Source: Trypanosoma brucei (Eukaryota). Taken from it: DNA of 64,000 nt. The stretch lies in contig CM000207.1 of NCBI GenBank assembly GCA_000002445.1, forward strand, positions 672,001-736,000. Reading direction: 5' to 3'. Below are positions 10,482 to 22,000 of this stretch, piece by piece. The position numbers and the translations under genes were made by a program. The notes under the pieces are model-generated. The model was not told where the DNA came from. It saw nothing but the letters and a program-made list of their open reading frames with translations, and ran no database searches. The first letter of the stretch is position 1; the number at the start of each line of letters is the position of its first letter.

Positions 10482-12077
10482 ATGCTTCGCATCAGCACCC
10501 CACGATTAGATGGCCCCATGGTAACGGGAGGCCCAGTTAAGGGTTTACAGGGTCGCATGCGTAGCCTAATTAAACCTAGCGTAGCGGAGCATGTTTTGCG
10601 GGACGTAGCGGTGGTACGTCAGCGTTTCGCAGAGTTGACAGACGCAGGCGTGGAGGATCCGGCTTCCACATACAAACCGTCGATTCCGCGTCCGTGGGTG
10701 AAGGCGCCTCTTTCTCGACTTTCCACCTCCGTTTCGAGGAGAGATTGGTTCCGCATCATGCAGTTCAACATCATGGCAGACGCTTGGAGTAACGGAGGCA
10801 CTACAGTGGAGAGAACGACGCCTGTACACGGTGTCCTGCCGTGGGTCCCCGGTTTCACGCGACGCGGAACGGACCCTTGTGGGTTCTACCCGTACGACCA
10901 TAGTGTGGATGAGGAGGTCCCGCCTTTTTTGCAAGAGGACATTAGGCGGGCCTACATTGTGAATGAGATTTGCTATTATGATCCCGATATTGTTTGCTTA
11001 CAGGAGGTCAACAGATCTTTTTTTAACGAAACCTTTTCTAAATACATTCGGTATCGTGGTTACGGCACGTTGTATCAATCAAGTCGCGGATATAAGGTGC
11101 GGGCCCTGCGTAGAGGCGATGACCCAACGCTGCTGCGCCACAAAGGAAAAATCGAAGAGAGGGAGGACATTGGAAATGTGATCCTTTTCCACAAGGGACG
11201 CTTCGTACCCATTTTGATGCCGGGTAAAGATCTTGTGCAGCATTTACACTTTGCTCACATTGTTGCCATGCGGGATAGGGTCACCAACATGACACTGAAT
11301 GTAGCATGCGCACAGTTTACCGCTGGAGATTCCGCTGAGGCATCGGAGATACGCCTGCACGAAGCAAGGCAGACAATGCAGATACTCGATGCTCTGAACC
11401 GAAACGACACAGATCGCTCACATATGAGTAATGTTATATGTGGGGACTTTAACAACGTTGAGGACGAAGAGCCGTGCGTGCAGTTTATGAGGGAGCGTTT
11501 GTTTTCCACATACGACGTGGTGGGCGGCCCGCGGTGGACCACCTGGTTTCATGAAGATGCCCAAAGTAATGCTCGGTATCAAAAGTATTATTCCTGCAAC
11601 CGTGCTGGATACTTCGCCACTAATGCAGCAAAGCGAGCTGAGCAGGAAGTAGCGAAGTTTACGTGGTTACGAAGTGGTGGTCTCAATGGTCGACGCCAAG
11701 ATGTCAGCGGCGGCGATTCCGCTCCACCCGGGACACGCAGTGCAACAATCTCATCACTCGATAAAGTGGTTGGTGCTAACGAACCTAACACTGCGGCGCG
11801 CACACTCGAGCGGGGTGGCACATGTGGAGATGTGTTGGTTGAACAAAAGCAGGCCCTGAAAGCAGATGGTATTATTAGGCGCACTCAAGACTTTGTGCTG
11901 TACGACCCCAAAACACTCGCACTTCACCAGGTTTTAGACGTTCCGGAGGATGAGCACATCGATAGTCAGCAGCTGCTTCCGTGCAGTGGCCATCCTTCGC
12001 ATCACCTTCATCTAGTCGTTGATGTCTCCTTCACAGATGTTTGCCCCGACGTGGGGGAAATATCTATAAAGGATTGA
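10482..12077 (+). CDS. Endonuclease/exonuclease/phosphatase (EEP) family protein, CCR4/nocturnin/PDE12-like
   Basis: IVCLQEVN and VICGDFNNV motifs are typical of Mg-dependent EEP nucleases/deadenylases. Track start at 10458 is TTG; first ATG at 10482. Confidence 0.6.
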   Translation: MLRISTPRLDGPMVTGGPVKGLQGRMRSLIKPSVAEHVLRDVAVVRQRFAELTDAGVEDPASTYKPSIPRPWVKAPLSRLSTSVSRRDWFRIMQFNIMADAWSNGGTTVERTTPVHGVLPWVPGFTRRGTDPCGFYPYDHSVDEEVPPFLQEDIRRAYIVNEICYYDPDIVCLQEVNRSFFNETFSKYIRYRGYGTLYQSSRGYKVRALRRGDDPTLLRHKGKIEEREDIGNVILFHKGRFVPILMPGKDLVQHLHFAHIVAMRDRVTNMTLNVACAQFTAGDSAEASEIRLHEARQTMQILDALNRNDTDRSHMSNVICGDFNNVEDEEPCVQFMRERLFSTYDVVGGPRWTTWFHEDAQSNARYQKYYSCNRAGYFATNAAKRAEQEVAKFTWLRSGGLNGRRQDVSGGDSAPPGTRSATISSLDKVVGANEPNTAARTLERGGTCGDVLVEQKQALKADGIIRRTQDFVLYDPKTLALHQVLDVPEDEHIDSQQLLPCSGHPSHHLHLVVDVSFTDVCPDVGEISIKD

Positions 12078-12499
12078 CGAAGCGAAGAAGGCAATGAGTC
12101 GTTGTTGAAGTTAGTGGAATGGAGGGGGCAGCTGCAGATGGAAGTGATAACGAAAAGCGTTCGCATGCCATAAGTCAGTTACATATGCATCAGTTTCAGT
12201 GCGGGGCTCGGGGGGGGCCACATTCACTGTTCATTTCGTTTTCATTACTGGTACTACCCACTCTCTTGGTGAAAAACGTTTCTCGTCCATACACCACCGA
12301 CGGTGGACAAAAATAAGACTGTCCTTTTACTCGCTACAACCCTTTTCACATCTTTAAGTGACCTAGGATAGGTACAAAGTGACCTAACAGCATAGTGATA
12401 ATTCAATTTGTGTTTGCTGTTGGAGGAAAAAAAAAATTTAAAGTGGAAAGGGGAAGGCACAGGCAAGGCAAGGCAAGCCTGAGGAGCTGCTGTCGAACA

Positions 12500-15400
12500 A
12501 TGGCCCAGTGCTTTGGAAGTGATTATGTACTCGGCAAGGCGAAACCCTCAGATGGGGAACGATGGAACCTTCTCGAGCGCGTATATGCAGACTATGAGGA
12601 GATGAATGCTCAGCAGCAGGAGATTGCAGCGCGCAAGCGTGAGCTGGATATGGAGTTCTATGACGGCAACATTGAAAAGATTGAAGAGGCGCTTCACTTC
12701 AACGAGAATCGCCGTGGCTCTCGTGAAGGGGACTGGGACACGTACGAAAAGGTGGAGCATATCGTCAAGAAGTTTGTGTACTGTCGTGCTGGAAGGGTGT
12801 TCAAAGCTAGTGAAGTCCAGGAAGTCTTGGAGGAGCGCATCCGCCTATTGGGCGATATTGAAGCTTCACAGAAGCAGCGCATCACTGCCTTGGAAACAAC
12901 GCTTAGCTCAGTTCAGAGCGAGTTGGCTGAGGTAACGCGACTTCTGTGCATGAGTGAGGCCCGAGCTAAGGCCCTCAAGGCGGAATGTGTGGCAAATACC
13001 ATGAAAGCTAGGCAGCTGCAGCGCGTGTGCGACGGCCTTAGAGGCAGTGGGAAAAAAGACGAGAGCGAGGTGTTCAGAGACATGCGCCTCCTCATTGAGG
13101 CAAACAGACAAATGGAGAAGGATTGCCAGAAACTACGCGTCGCGTTGAACATGGGCCCTGTGAGCGCGAAGAAACAGAAGACTGTGAAAGCAGCGCAAAG
13201 AGTCCGCGCGCGGCCTGTGGTCGCCCACTCGATGTCGAATTCTCGCAACGGAAGCATGGTGGAAACACTCCTAACTCACACGGAAAAGGTGGGGGAGTTG
13301 AAGTCAGAAGAAACTCTAGAGGCAAACATTGAATCTAAGGCGGATGTGGTAACTGATGCTTCACAGAAGCAAACCAAGACTCTTCCTCAGCTCACGGCAC
13401 TCACGGGAGATGCAGAGAAAAGTGTGTCAGCTGCCCAGTCCGCGGTGCGCGCAGACGACGGTGCCCCTGCTTCCGTGGAAAATAGTCTTGTTGTTTGCGG
13501 TGGTAATGGTCTTTGTGAAGTTTCGCTGGAAGGGAAGCCTGGCGACGAGACGCTTAAATTCATGTCTCAACCTAACATAACCGGGAGTTTTCCAGATCTT
13601 GATCAGTCGCAGCGGGATGTTTCCGTTTCCAGAACTATGAGCAGTAAGGCGATTTATAAACTTGAGCGTATTCAAGAGAGAGCGAGCACGTTGGCGGAGG
13701 AGGTACCTTTGTCTGATGCCCTCATGCGTGCGTTCATCAAATGTGAAAAGTTGCAGGAGCTAATGGAGTGGGAAGTTGGCAGGAGCATGGCAATGCTTGA
13801 CTATGATGCAAATGTGTCCCACAAGCACGTAAGTTTCCACAGTGCGTGTGTGGGTGCCAGCAAAAAATTCTCACAGGACGCTTCTTGTGGGGAAGAGAGG
13901 GATATGTCCATGGTTTTTAGTGGGAGAGAAGTTGCCGGAATGCCCGGAGAGTCCCTGAACACCTCCAATTCACACCTAAGCCCGGCTGCTGGCGCTTCCA
14001 GGACCGCCGTGTTGCAAGGCTCCGGAGTCTCTCCAATGAGCACCTTGATTGGTAACCAGACTTCCTTCTTTACTACTACGCAGGATGCTACGCGCACGCT
14101 TACCTCCCTGTCAGGTGATTTGGGGCACCCATTGCACTCTCTTATGGGGCAAGTTTTGCCTAATGGTCTGCTAACCGCGTCTCAGAATAGTGGGTATACG
14201 GAGATGTCCTCCGCTGCGGCGAGAGAACTAGCTGAAACGGGCGGCGGAAACGTTGACTTCAACGACCCTGGAATGCCAATACAAGGAATGGAAACTTCTT
14301 ACAAGAACGGGCTGTTGCCCCACCACGCTGCGGTTGTGTTGTCGACTCGTAAGAATTTAGCTGTTGAAGATGTCGGCGGTTTGTCCACCCGCATCAGGAC
14401 GGCAGCATTGAGTGGAAGTGATGTGAGCGGTGCGAGCGAAGGTGGGTGGAATCAGGTGGGAAGCCGCGAGGGATCTGAATGCTCCCAACTCGTGTATTCT
14501 TCTGAAGATGGTGATTCGGACAGCGAAACTCACCACCTCGGTCGCTGGGTGGATTCCCCCTCACAATTAAGTGATGAAGCTCCCTTCGAGGGAGTGGGAG
14601 TCGAAAACGCTAACACCAGGGCTAAAAAGTATTCAGCACGGGGAAGCGATAGGTCCAATATCTCTTTTGCGGGCTCCCGGAGAAGTGCCCACCGCAGCGC
14701 AGCTAGCCGCCTGACGAGTGCTGCTACCAAAGGGCGAACCCGTAATTCAACAGTCAGCTTGGCAACAGAGCAACGACTAAGCGCGAGGACCAAGAGGAGG
14801 GCTGCGAGGGGCGGGGTGAAGGTTAACAGTGCGTTTCGGGCCCTGAGTAAGGAGGTGTCCACGCTACGAGATGCATGCCATAATATGATCAACGAAATGA
14901 ACGAGATGTTTGACGTAATGGGGAAATGTGTTGATGCCCTCGAAAAGCACTCGGGCACTGGCCAGCAAGTGGCGGCAACCCGCACAAAGCAGGCCTTATC
15001 AGCTGTTGTCAAGGAGGTAGTGAAGGGGGTGGCGGAGCAAGAGGTGTTGGACCGTCTCGGGAAACAAGGCATTGTTTTGGAGCGTCACCCAGAGTCTCCT
15101 AACTTAACTGATGAGCAGTGGATGCAGAATCGGCTGTACGATGCCATTATGAAATCAACAAGTGAACACGTTGACAGGGCCCTCGTGCAAAAGGGTGAAC
15201 GCCCAAGCAAATCCCTTTGCGGTAGTCGTAGGTCATCCCTATCGGCACTCGACCAGAAGCAAGAAGGGCAGGAACGGCAACGGGAACGGGAACGGCAACG
15301 TTGGCAGAAACAAGAAGAACAGTGTCAAGGACAGGACCGCTTGTGGAAACAGGGACGAGAGCAATGGCAAAGAGAAGGGAGAGGAGGTGGAGGAGGACAG

Positions 15401-16600
15401 TGGTGGGAACGAGAAGAACACATGCACGCATCCGAGCCCGAGAATGTACAAAGGCGGTTAGCTGACTTGGGAAAAAGAAGGACTCCACGCCAGTCGGGCA
15501 CTAACCAGGGCGATTCGCACTTCTTCTCCTACCCATTTAGGGGCGATAATGAGTTGGAGGATGGATCGTACACTCTTTGGCCATCTGATCCCACTCCGCC
15601 CACAGGTGTGGACACGGGGGTGTGGGAAGAGCCACTGGAAGCAATGCGTCGAGAAATGTGGAGACTCGCTGGCCACCCCTGCGTGGACTCTGGCGATGGA
15701 AACACAGAGCAGAATCCTCGGCCACTTCATGCGCATATGAGCAAAGGGGGTGGTGGGGGTTGGAGGGAGAGGTTTTCAAGCTGGACGGTTGCTGGTGATG
15801 CGATGTTTTGTGCCCCACTTGCCGAGGAGGGTGATAGGAAGTACCAACCCCCTGTGCCGTACAAGACCGGCCCAGGATTCTTGGTTCCGCGCTTAAGGTT
15901 AGGATGTGCGAGGCTCGGGGCCACGCACGGCGCGGTAAGGAGCAACTCCTGTGAGGAGATTTTGGAGTATCTAAGACGGCTTCAGCCACCGGAGTACTCC
16001 AGGGACCTCGCGTGTCTGACACCCAGAGTCTTCAGATACGATTTTGGAAGCACAGTTTCTGACGCTAGACGGAACGTGCGGGAGGGCGTCTCTCAGGTCA
16101 AACACCATCTGCAAAGTGCGTTGTTTAATCAGGGGTTCTCCAGCGAAATACTACCGTACGCAACTGCTGCGAGGCGCTTGCAGCATGGGGGAGCCCTGCC
16201 CACGTGGATGCGTGAGGCGGTGGTGATGCTCCGAAGGGAGGAAAAGGACCGAAACCAAAAGATGGCCAAACTTATCTTCCAGAAGGTGGCAACAAATATC
16301 CGTACAAGAAGTATATTGAAGCGCGTGTGTCGGGGATCTGCTTTCGCCGCCTATCTGGTTGTTATGTGGGAGAAATGGATGGGAGGGTGGGAGAAACGCT
16401 GCGAGGCGTTACGGCATACACAGAAGGAAAGTTTGGGGCGCGTTATGGACATGGTGGTGAATGGTTTTAATGTAGTGCCACAGCAGCTCCGCGGGCCACT
16501 TGAGACACAGGAGTCTCCGTGGGTAGACGCGAGGAGGACACTCAAAGGCGCGAGCAGCTACCACTTCAGAGATGCACGGATCCCCTCGAAGGACAAATGA
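12500..16600 (+). CDS. Large hypothetical protein (about 1366 aa) with N-terminal coiled coil, Ser/Thr-rich middle and an ER/QR-rich low-complexity block
   Basis: 4.1-kb uninterrupted + strand ORF. Track start at 12395 is GTG; first ATG at 12500. A (GGAACG)n-type repeat near 15270-15330 encodes QERQRERERQR. Confidence 0.55.
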   Translation: MAQCFGSDYVLGKAKPSDGERWNLLERVYADYEEMNAQQQEIAARKRELDMEFYDGNIEKIEEALHFNENRRGSREGDWDTYEKVEHIVKKFVYCRAGRVFKASEVQEVLEERIRLLGDIEASQKQRITALETTLSSVQSELAEVTRLLCMSEARAKALKAECVANTMKARQLQRVCDGLRGSGKKDESEVFRDMRLLIEANRQMEKDCQKLRVALNMGPVSAKKQKTVKAAQRVRARPVVAHSMSNSRNGSMVETLLTHTEKVGELKSEETLEANIESKADVVTDASQKQTKTLPQLTALTGDAEKSVSAAQSAVRADDGAPASVENSLVVCGGNGLCEVSLEGKPGDETLKFMSQPNITGSFPDLDQSQRDVSVSRTMSSKAIYKLERIQERASTLAEEVPLSDALMRAFIKCEKLQELMEWEVGRSMAMLDYDANVSHKHVSFHSACVGASKKFSQDASCGEERDMSMVFSGREVAGMPGESLNTSNSHLSPAAGASRTAVLQGSGVSPMSTLIGNQTSFFTTTQDATRTLTSLSGDLGHPLHSLMGQVLPNGLLTASQNSGYTEMSSAAARELAETGGGNVDFNDPGMPIQGMETSYKNGLLPHHAAVVLSTRKNLAVEDVGGLSTRIRTAALSGSDVSGASEGGWNQVGSREGSECSQLVYSSEDGDSDSETHHLGRWVDSPSQLSDEAPFEGVGVENANTRAKKYSARGSDRSNISFAGSRRSAHRSAASRLTSAATKGRTRNSTVSLATEQRLSARTKRRAARGGVKVNSAFRALSKEVSTLRDACHNMINEMNEMFDVMGKCVDALEKHSGTGQQVAATRTKQALSAVVKEVVKGVAEQEVLDRLGKQGIVLERHPESPNLTDEQWMQNRLYDAIMKSTSEHVDRALVQKGERPSKSLCGSRRSSLSALDQKQEGQERQRERERQRWQKQEEQCQGQDRLWKQGREQWQREGRGGGGGQWWEREEHMHASEPENVQRRLADLGKRRTPRQSGTNQGDSHFFSYPFRGDNELEDGSYTLWPSDPTPPTGVDTGVWEEPLEAMRREMWRLAGHPCVDSGDGNTEQNPRPLHAHMSKGGGGGWRERFSSWTVAGDAMFCAPLAEEGDRKYQPPVPYKTGPGFLVPRLRLGCARLGATHGAVRSNSCEEILEYLRRLQPPEYSRDLACLTPRVFRYDFGSTVSDARRNVREGVSQVKHHLQSALFNQGFSSEILPYATAARRLQHGGALPTWMREAVVMLRREEKDRNQKMAKLIFQKVATNIRTRSILKRVCRGSAFAAYLVVMWEKWMGGWEKRCEALRHTQKESLGRVMDMVVNGFNVVPQQLRGPLETQESPWVDARRTLKGASSYHFRDARIPSKDK

Positions 16601-19099
16601 CGTGATTTGATGTGTACGCGTTTGCGGTGTGGACCTCAATCATGCGTCAGCAAACGTGCCCCGCCGGCGTTGGCAATATGTATTGGCTGCAACCCTCAGG
16701 TAGCATTCGCCAACTCACTCACCAACGTGAGTGTGCTTGTTTTTGTGTAACAAAAAGAGTATGTACATTTAGTTGAAGTTAGTAAACAGGAAGGGTGTGC
16801 GCGGAGTCTCATAGTGTAATTAGTAGTATGGCACACAAAAGCACTTTGGAAACGTGTGGGCGACGCACCCGTGTAAACAAGAAGTAACCGATTGCGGTTC
16901 CATGCGATGGCGGTAGGGTCGATATCATTATCAATACTATTTTTGTTTTTCGTTGTAGCTACGTCTATTCCCAATTTTCTGCTTCCCACCTTGTTTCCTC
17001 GCTGGTTTCTTTGCGCTTTGTGGTAGAGGGGAAAAGCTTCTCCCGGAGAATGGTTTTGCCACCCTTCCGCTATACGCTCACCTTACTACTTCCAGTTTCT
17101 TACTGTTATTGTGTGCGCACGTGCTCGGTACCTTTGTCCCCTTTTCCCCTGTGTATCTATCTTTAATCGGTGCACAGTTACGCCATCCCATCTTGTGGAA
17201 TTCCCTCCCCTTTGAATTAAATGCAAGATGACAGTTAGCCTTCCATTGCTCTGCTTGGTGACTGCTGCCTTTTCATACGGTGGAAGAGCTTCACCGACGA
17301 ATGAAGTTTTTCACCCCTTGGACTTACCCCTGGCCTTGTTGAAGGACTGCCAAGCACGTCCGTACGCCGTCAGGGCGTCGTCTGAAGCAGATTGCGTTAC
17401 CCGATAACAGTGAAGCTCCTGATCAACAGGGCTGCTGTGCACGGAGGGGAATGGCTATGCCGGATGATGTGGCACCTGTGCTTTAGTGTGGTGGCACTGC
17501 TCTTGCAGTTTCTGGAGCTCAGCCACTTGCGAGTTAAGAGCCAATGTCGCTAAAAAGGGGCAGGTGACAGTAGGGTGGTCGACGCTCAACTTGTTGATGG
17601 TTGTAGGAAACCAAAAGGGTGGCTTTGGCGGCCTAATGGAAGTCCGAAACGCTTCGATGGGACCCGAGTGAAATACGCATTGACAAGCGTCCAAGTTAGT
17701 GGGGAAGCCAAAACCGTCAACGAGGACATTGCACCCAACCCACCCACCCCCCCCCCGCGCTCTCCCACACAACCACACGTGCACGCATTGGGTGTCGCTC
17801 GTTTCGGATAGCAGCGCCCCTCTGTGTTTGATGGCGCGCGCTCTCGGGTGTTTGGGCGTCCTGGACAGTCACGCGCATACAAAGGATATGCACAATCCCC
17901 GACATTCCCATTGCGTTCTGAGGCGTTTTTCCAACTCGTTCCTTGTCCAACCCTTTCTACAGATTTTTTTCCCCGTCGCATGAGCAACCCACGTTAATCG
18001 TTGGAACGATACCGCATCACTGCCCGGGCGTATCACTGGGCGCCAAACGTTTATCCACCACGCGAGGTATGAGCTGTTCCGACTAAACTTCACATTATGT
18101 GTGTGTGTGTAGGGGGCGACGACTCCTCATGATTTGCTCTATTCTGCACCAACCGCGTCTCTCATTCGGTTGATGCAGTCGCTCAGCCATCCCAGATATC
18201 ATCCGAACCGTTTCGTTGCGCCAGAAGAAAAACCAAGCGGGAAATTTCTCTTGTCTCCGCGCCGCCTCCATATCTTTCCTAGCAGAAGGGGTATGAGAGA
18301 AAGCGTTGATACCGTGCGTGACGGCCCTCAAACTGCTGCGTTAAAATTGAAGTATTCACCGCTGATGCCTTTTGAATCGACAACTATATCACGGTATTAG
18401 TGCCGCACGGAGGGTGTTCCGGTTGTAGACCCGCCCCCGTAGCCGGGTAATTAGTTTCAATAAAAATTAGAGCAATAGAAAACATAATGCACTTATAGGG
18501 GCATATTCCTAACGAGCTGCACCGATCCCTTCTCCATATAGGGCGAAGGACGTTACCTTTTATACGTGTTGGTTCCGCCTTTAAAGAAAAGAGGGACGAT
18601 GCGAATTTGTTGAACGTCTCTAACCCGGACCCCACCCTTTGCCTTGTATGCCGTTTCTTTTAGAGGCCTTTCAAGCACAATCTTCATTGCAGCCCTCCCT
18701 CCTCGGAAGTCACGTGGCAGCTTACCGATCCTTCTGCGTAACTCAGCCGTCTTTCTGCCTTATCAAATATGAAAGTTTCTCCACCGCTCGGCATATCCAA
18801 TTCAGCAGAACCTTCTGTTCAGGTTTGGTGGTGGATGGCAACGGACACCTCTATTTTTCTCTTCGCACGGCGCATCTTCCCTCAGCCCACTCGAGGGATA
18901 GGGCCGTGCTTGCAACCCCGAAAACGATCCACACTAAGCTTTCCTTTTGCGGTAAGTCTTCCCCACTTTGTTACACTAACACTTGGCAGCATCCAATTCG
19001 TTATGCATAGGGTAGTCCAGAAGGTCCGGCTTTTCTTATGACTTCACTGAATGTTTAATCGACGGCTTCCCATTTCAGGTAACATTCCACTCCCCTCTT

Positions 19100-22000
19100 G
19101 CAAACTACACCCCTAACGATGATCAGCTGAGCCAACTCAACCGCATCTTCCCCGCTCTCTCCACCCGTCACGCCTGTGATCATGTTGGTTACTTGCCGTC
19201 GTGACCCCACCGCATTCTTCCAAAAAAATGAGGGAAAATGTGGCGGTGCTCGATTCCCTGCATGATCGTTTCCCTGCCGCTCCGAGTCGGGGTGTACGCA
19301 GTGCTCGGGCTATTGAATCCCACACTGTCGAGAAAGGAGTTCTCAATCTGAGGAGCGGGCGTGCTACACCTTTAAATTTCCTTTGAGGAAGCTTCGCTGT
19401 GGACACGAAAGTTTGACGGTTAAGCCCAGTGCTTTCGTTGTACATTTTTCTTTTACCTTGTTTTCAAATACCTTGACGCTCAGTGAGTATCGGGTTGCTG
19501 CCGCAAACAAATACTCTCTTTCCCTGTAAATTCCTCCGCGAAAAAAGGCTTTGTATGCTTCGAACCACTGGCAAGATGTTACTGAAGACGGGGCCTTAAT
19601 GAACGATGGTCAGCCCCCGGGTGCACCATTGTCAGGTTGGTCATGGGAAACTAATACTGGAAGTCCGGCATTCTTTTAATGCAACTGCTGTTCACCCACA
19701 GTTGTAATCATCGTAGTTGAACCGAACAGCAATCTCCGCGGAAACTCGCTTGATAGCGACTCTTCTCGATATCCAGTTGCTGCTGCCAATGCTCGCCGTC
19801 CTTTTGGGAGTGAACTGTTGACGGATACCGTTACGTAAGAGACAACTCCAAATACTTAAATTCGTGGGCGGCAGCATGTGATCCAGCGAATCCAAAGCAT
19901 GAGCTTGATGCACCAATGCGACTAGCACAAGCCGGCACTCCCCCAGCGCTTCGGGTTCCAAGCAGCTGCCGCAGGTGGCCGTTGTCTAAGGCTTTGGTTG
20001 TAGCCCATTTTCTTGCTCGCGTAGTTTGTTGTCTAAAAGGCAGTGGAGCCTTTGGCTGATAGTTCACTCCATCAACTTTCGCACCCGGTGGTGGTTGTTT
20101 CCGGCCAAAATTATGCTTTCTCAGTAGCTGGTGTGTTCACCATCAGAACTGGTATGACGATCCCACGTCCCTACTTTCCCCGAACTTTTCTACTCTGCAG
20201 ACACCGGCCGCCCAACTACCCTGGAGACCACAGCCCGCCAACCCCAACTGCGTCAGCCGCTCACAGTGTGTGCCGCCCTCTCCCGCCGGAAATCCTTTCA
20301 GCTCCTCCAAATACTGCAACCGTCCCGCTTGGTAGATGGGGATGTCCCCCGGCACTGGACACCTGAGTTTTCGGAACTTCACGAAGTGGTTGCGGGTTGA
20401 TAACATTGAGTAAGCAGGGGACGGTTACCAGCACACGCAGGTAGCTGCTTGAATGGGCAGAAACAAAGCAGTGACCGTTCTGCGCTCATGGCTCAGGCCG
20501 TCAGATTAGTAGACTGGCATATGATGGCGAAGGTGCATGCACCCAGACCGCTCAGAACTATGCCGATGCTTCGAGTGGATCAGGCCACCATCACGGATTG
20601 TGGACGAGCCGAGCACTTCGCTGACCTCTGCTCGATGCCGGAACTCTGACATCCTGACTCACACCCTCCAACGTCGACTAGGAAGAAAGCTAACGAATAC
20701 TAACTGACCGCGACGGCGGGGCCCAAGAGTGTCCCGAAACTGTCACCAAGCGACTCAGCAACCGGACCCGACTATGTGCACGACGAGGTACTGCAACAAC
20801 TCGGCAGAACAGCGCAGAATGTTGTTCTGAGGCTATTCAATGAGAGCCTACGAACGGGAGTCGTGCCGCCTGCATGGAAGACTGGTGTTATCATCCCCAT
20901 CCTGAAGGCCGGAAAAAAGGCGGAGGACCTCGATTCTTACAGGCCTGTGACGCTCACGAGCTGTCTCAGTAAAGTCATGGAGCGCATAATTGCCACGAGA
21001 CTTAGAGACACTGTTGAGTCCCAGCTGGCGCCGCAGCAATCAGGCTTTCGCCCCGGATGCTCAACGCTCGAACAACTCCTGCACGTCCGCGCTGCCCTCT
21101 GCCGTCCCACGCACCAATCTCGTACAGGTGCTGTATTCGTCGACCACGCTAAGGCATTCAATACAGTAGACCACGACAAAATTGCGAGGGAAATGCACAG
21201 AATGAAAGTATCACCCCACATTGTGAAGTGGTGTGTATCATTTCTGAGTAACCGAACTGGAAGAGTGAGATTCAAGGAGAAGCTTTCCAGAAGCAGAACA
21301 TTTGAGCGAGGAGTGCCACAAGGAACTGCCCTTGGCCCAATCATGTTCATTATTGTCATGAACTCGTTGAGCCAACGCCTTGCAGAAGTGCCGTTACTGC
21401 AGCACGGATTCTTTGCAGACGACCTGACGATACTTGCGAGGCACACAGAGAGGGATGTCATCAACCACACACTACAATGCGGCCTAAACGTGGCGTTACA
21501 GTGGTCAAAAGAGTACTTCATGTCTGTCAACGTAGCGAAAACAAAGTGCACACTCTTCGGGTGTATAGAGCGCCACCCCCTTACATTACAACTGGACGGC
21601 GAAAGAATAGGAGCTGACAGGACACCGAACCTTCTAGGAGTAACATTCCAGTGTCTGCAAGGGATGGCAACACATGCGGCCGAAACGAGACGCAAGATGG
21701 ACTTCCGACTACTGCAGATAGCAGCCATCTCAGCTTCTACATGGGGACCAAGACGACAAGTGTTGAGAGCTTTTTATCTAGCACTCGTACAGGCACACAC
21801 CATGTATGGCATTGAGGTATGGTACTGGGACGCTTCGGAACGAAGTCGCGACCTCCTTGCATCAGCACAACACAAAGCCAGTCGCATCACAGCCGGCATA
21901 CCGCATGGGACGCGCAAAGAGGACTCTCTGCTGGAAGCAAACCTCCTGCCGCTCAAGACGACCACTCTTGTGCGCAGCATGAAATTCATGCTGATGTGTG

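Noticed and set aside
20776-20778. Track start codons for several long ORFs (1509, 2882, 6416, 7862, 10458, 12395, 20776, 24875, 25688, 41813, 45903, 54708, 33285)
   Set aside because: Checking the nucleotides shows these are TTG or GTG, often inside microsatellites, not ATG. CDS starts were moved to the first in-frame ATG. For the RT ORF there is no upstream ATG at all, supporting pseudogene status.
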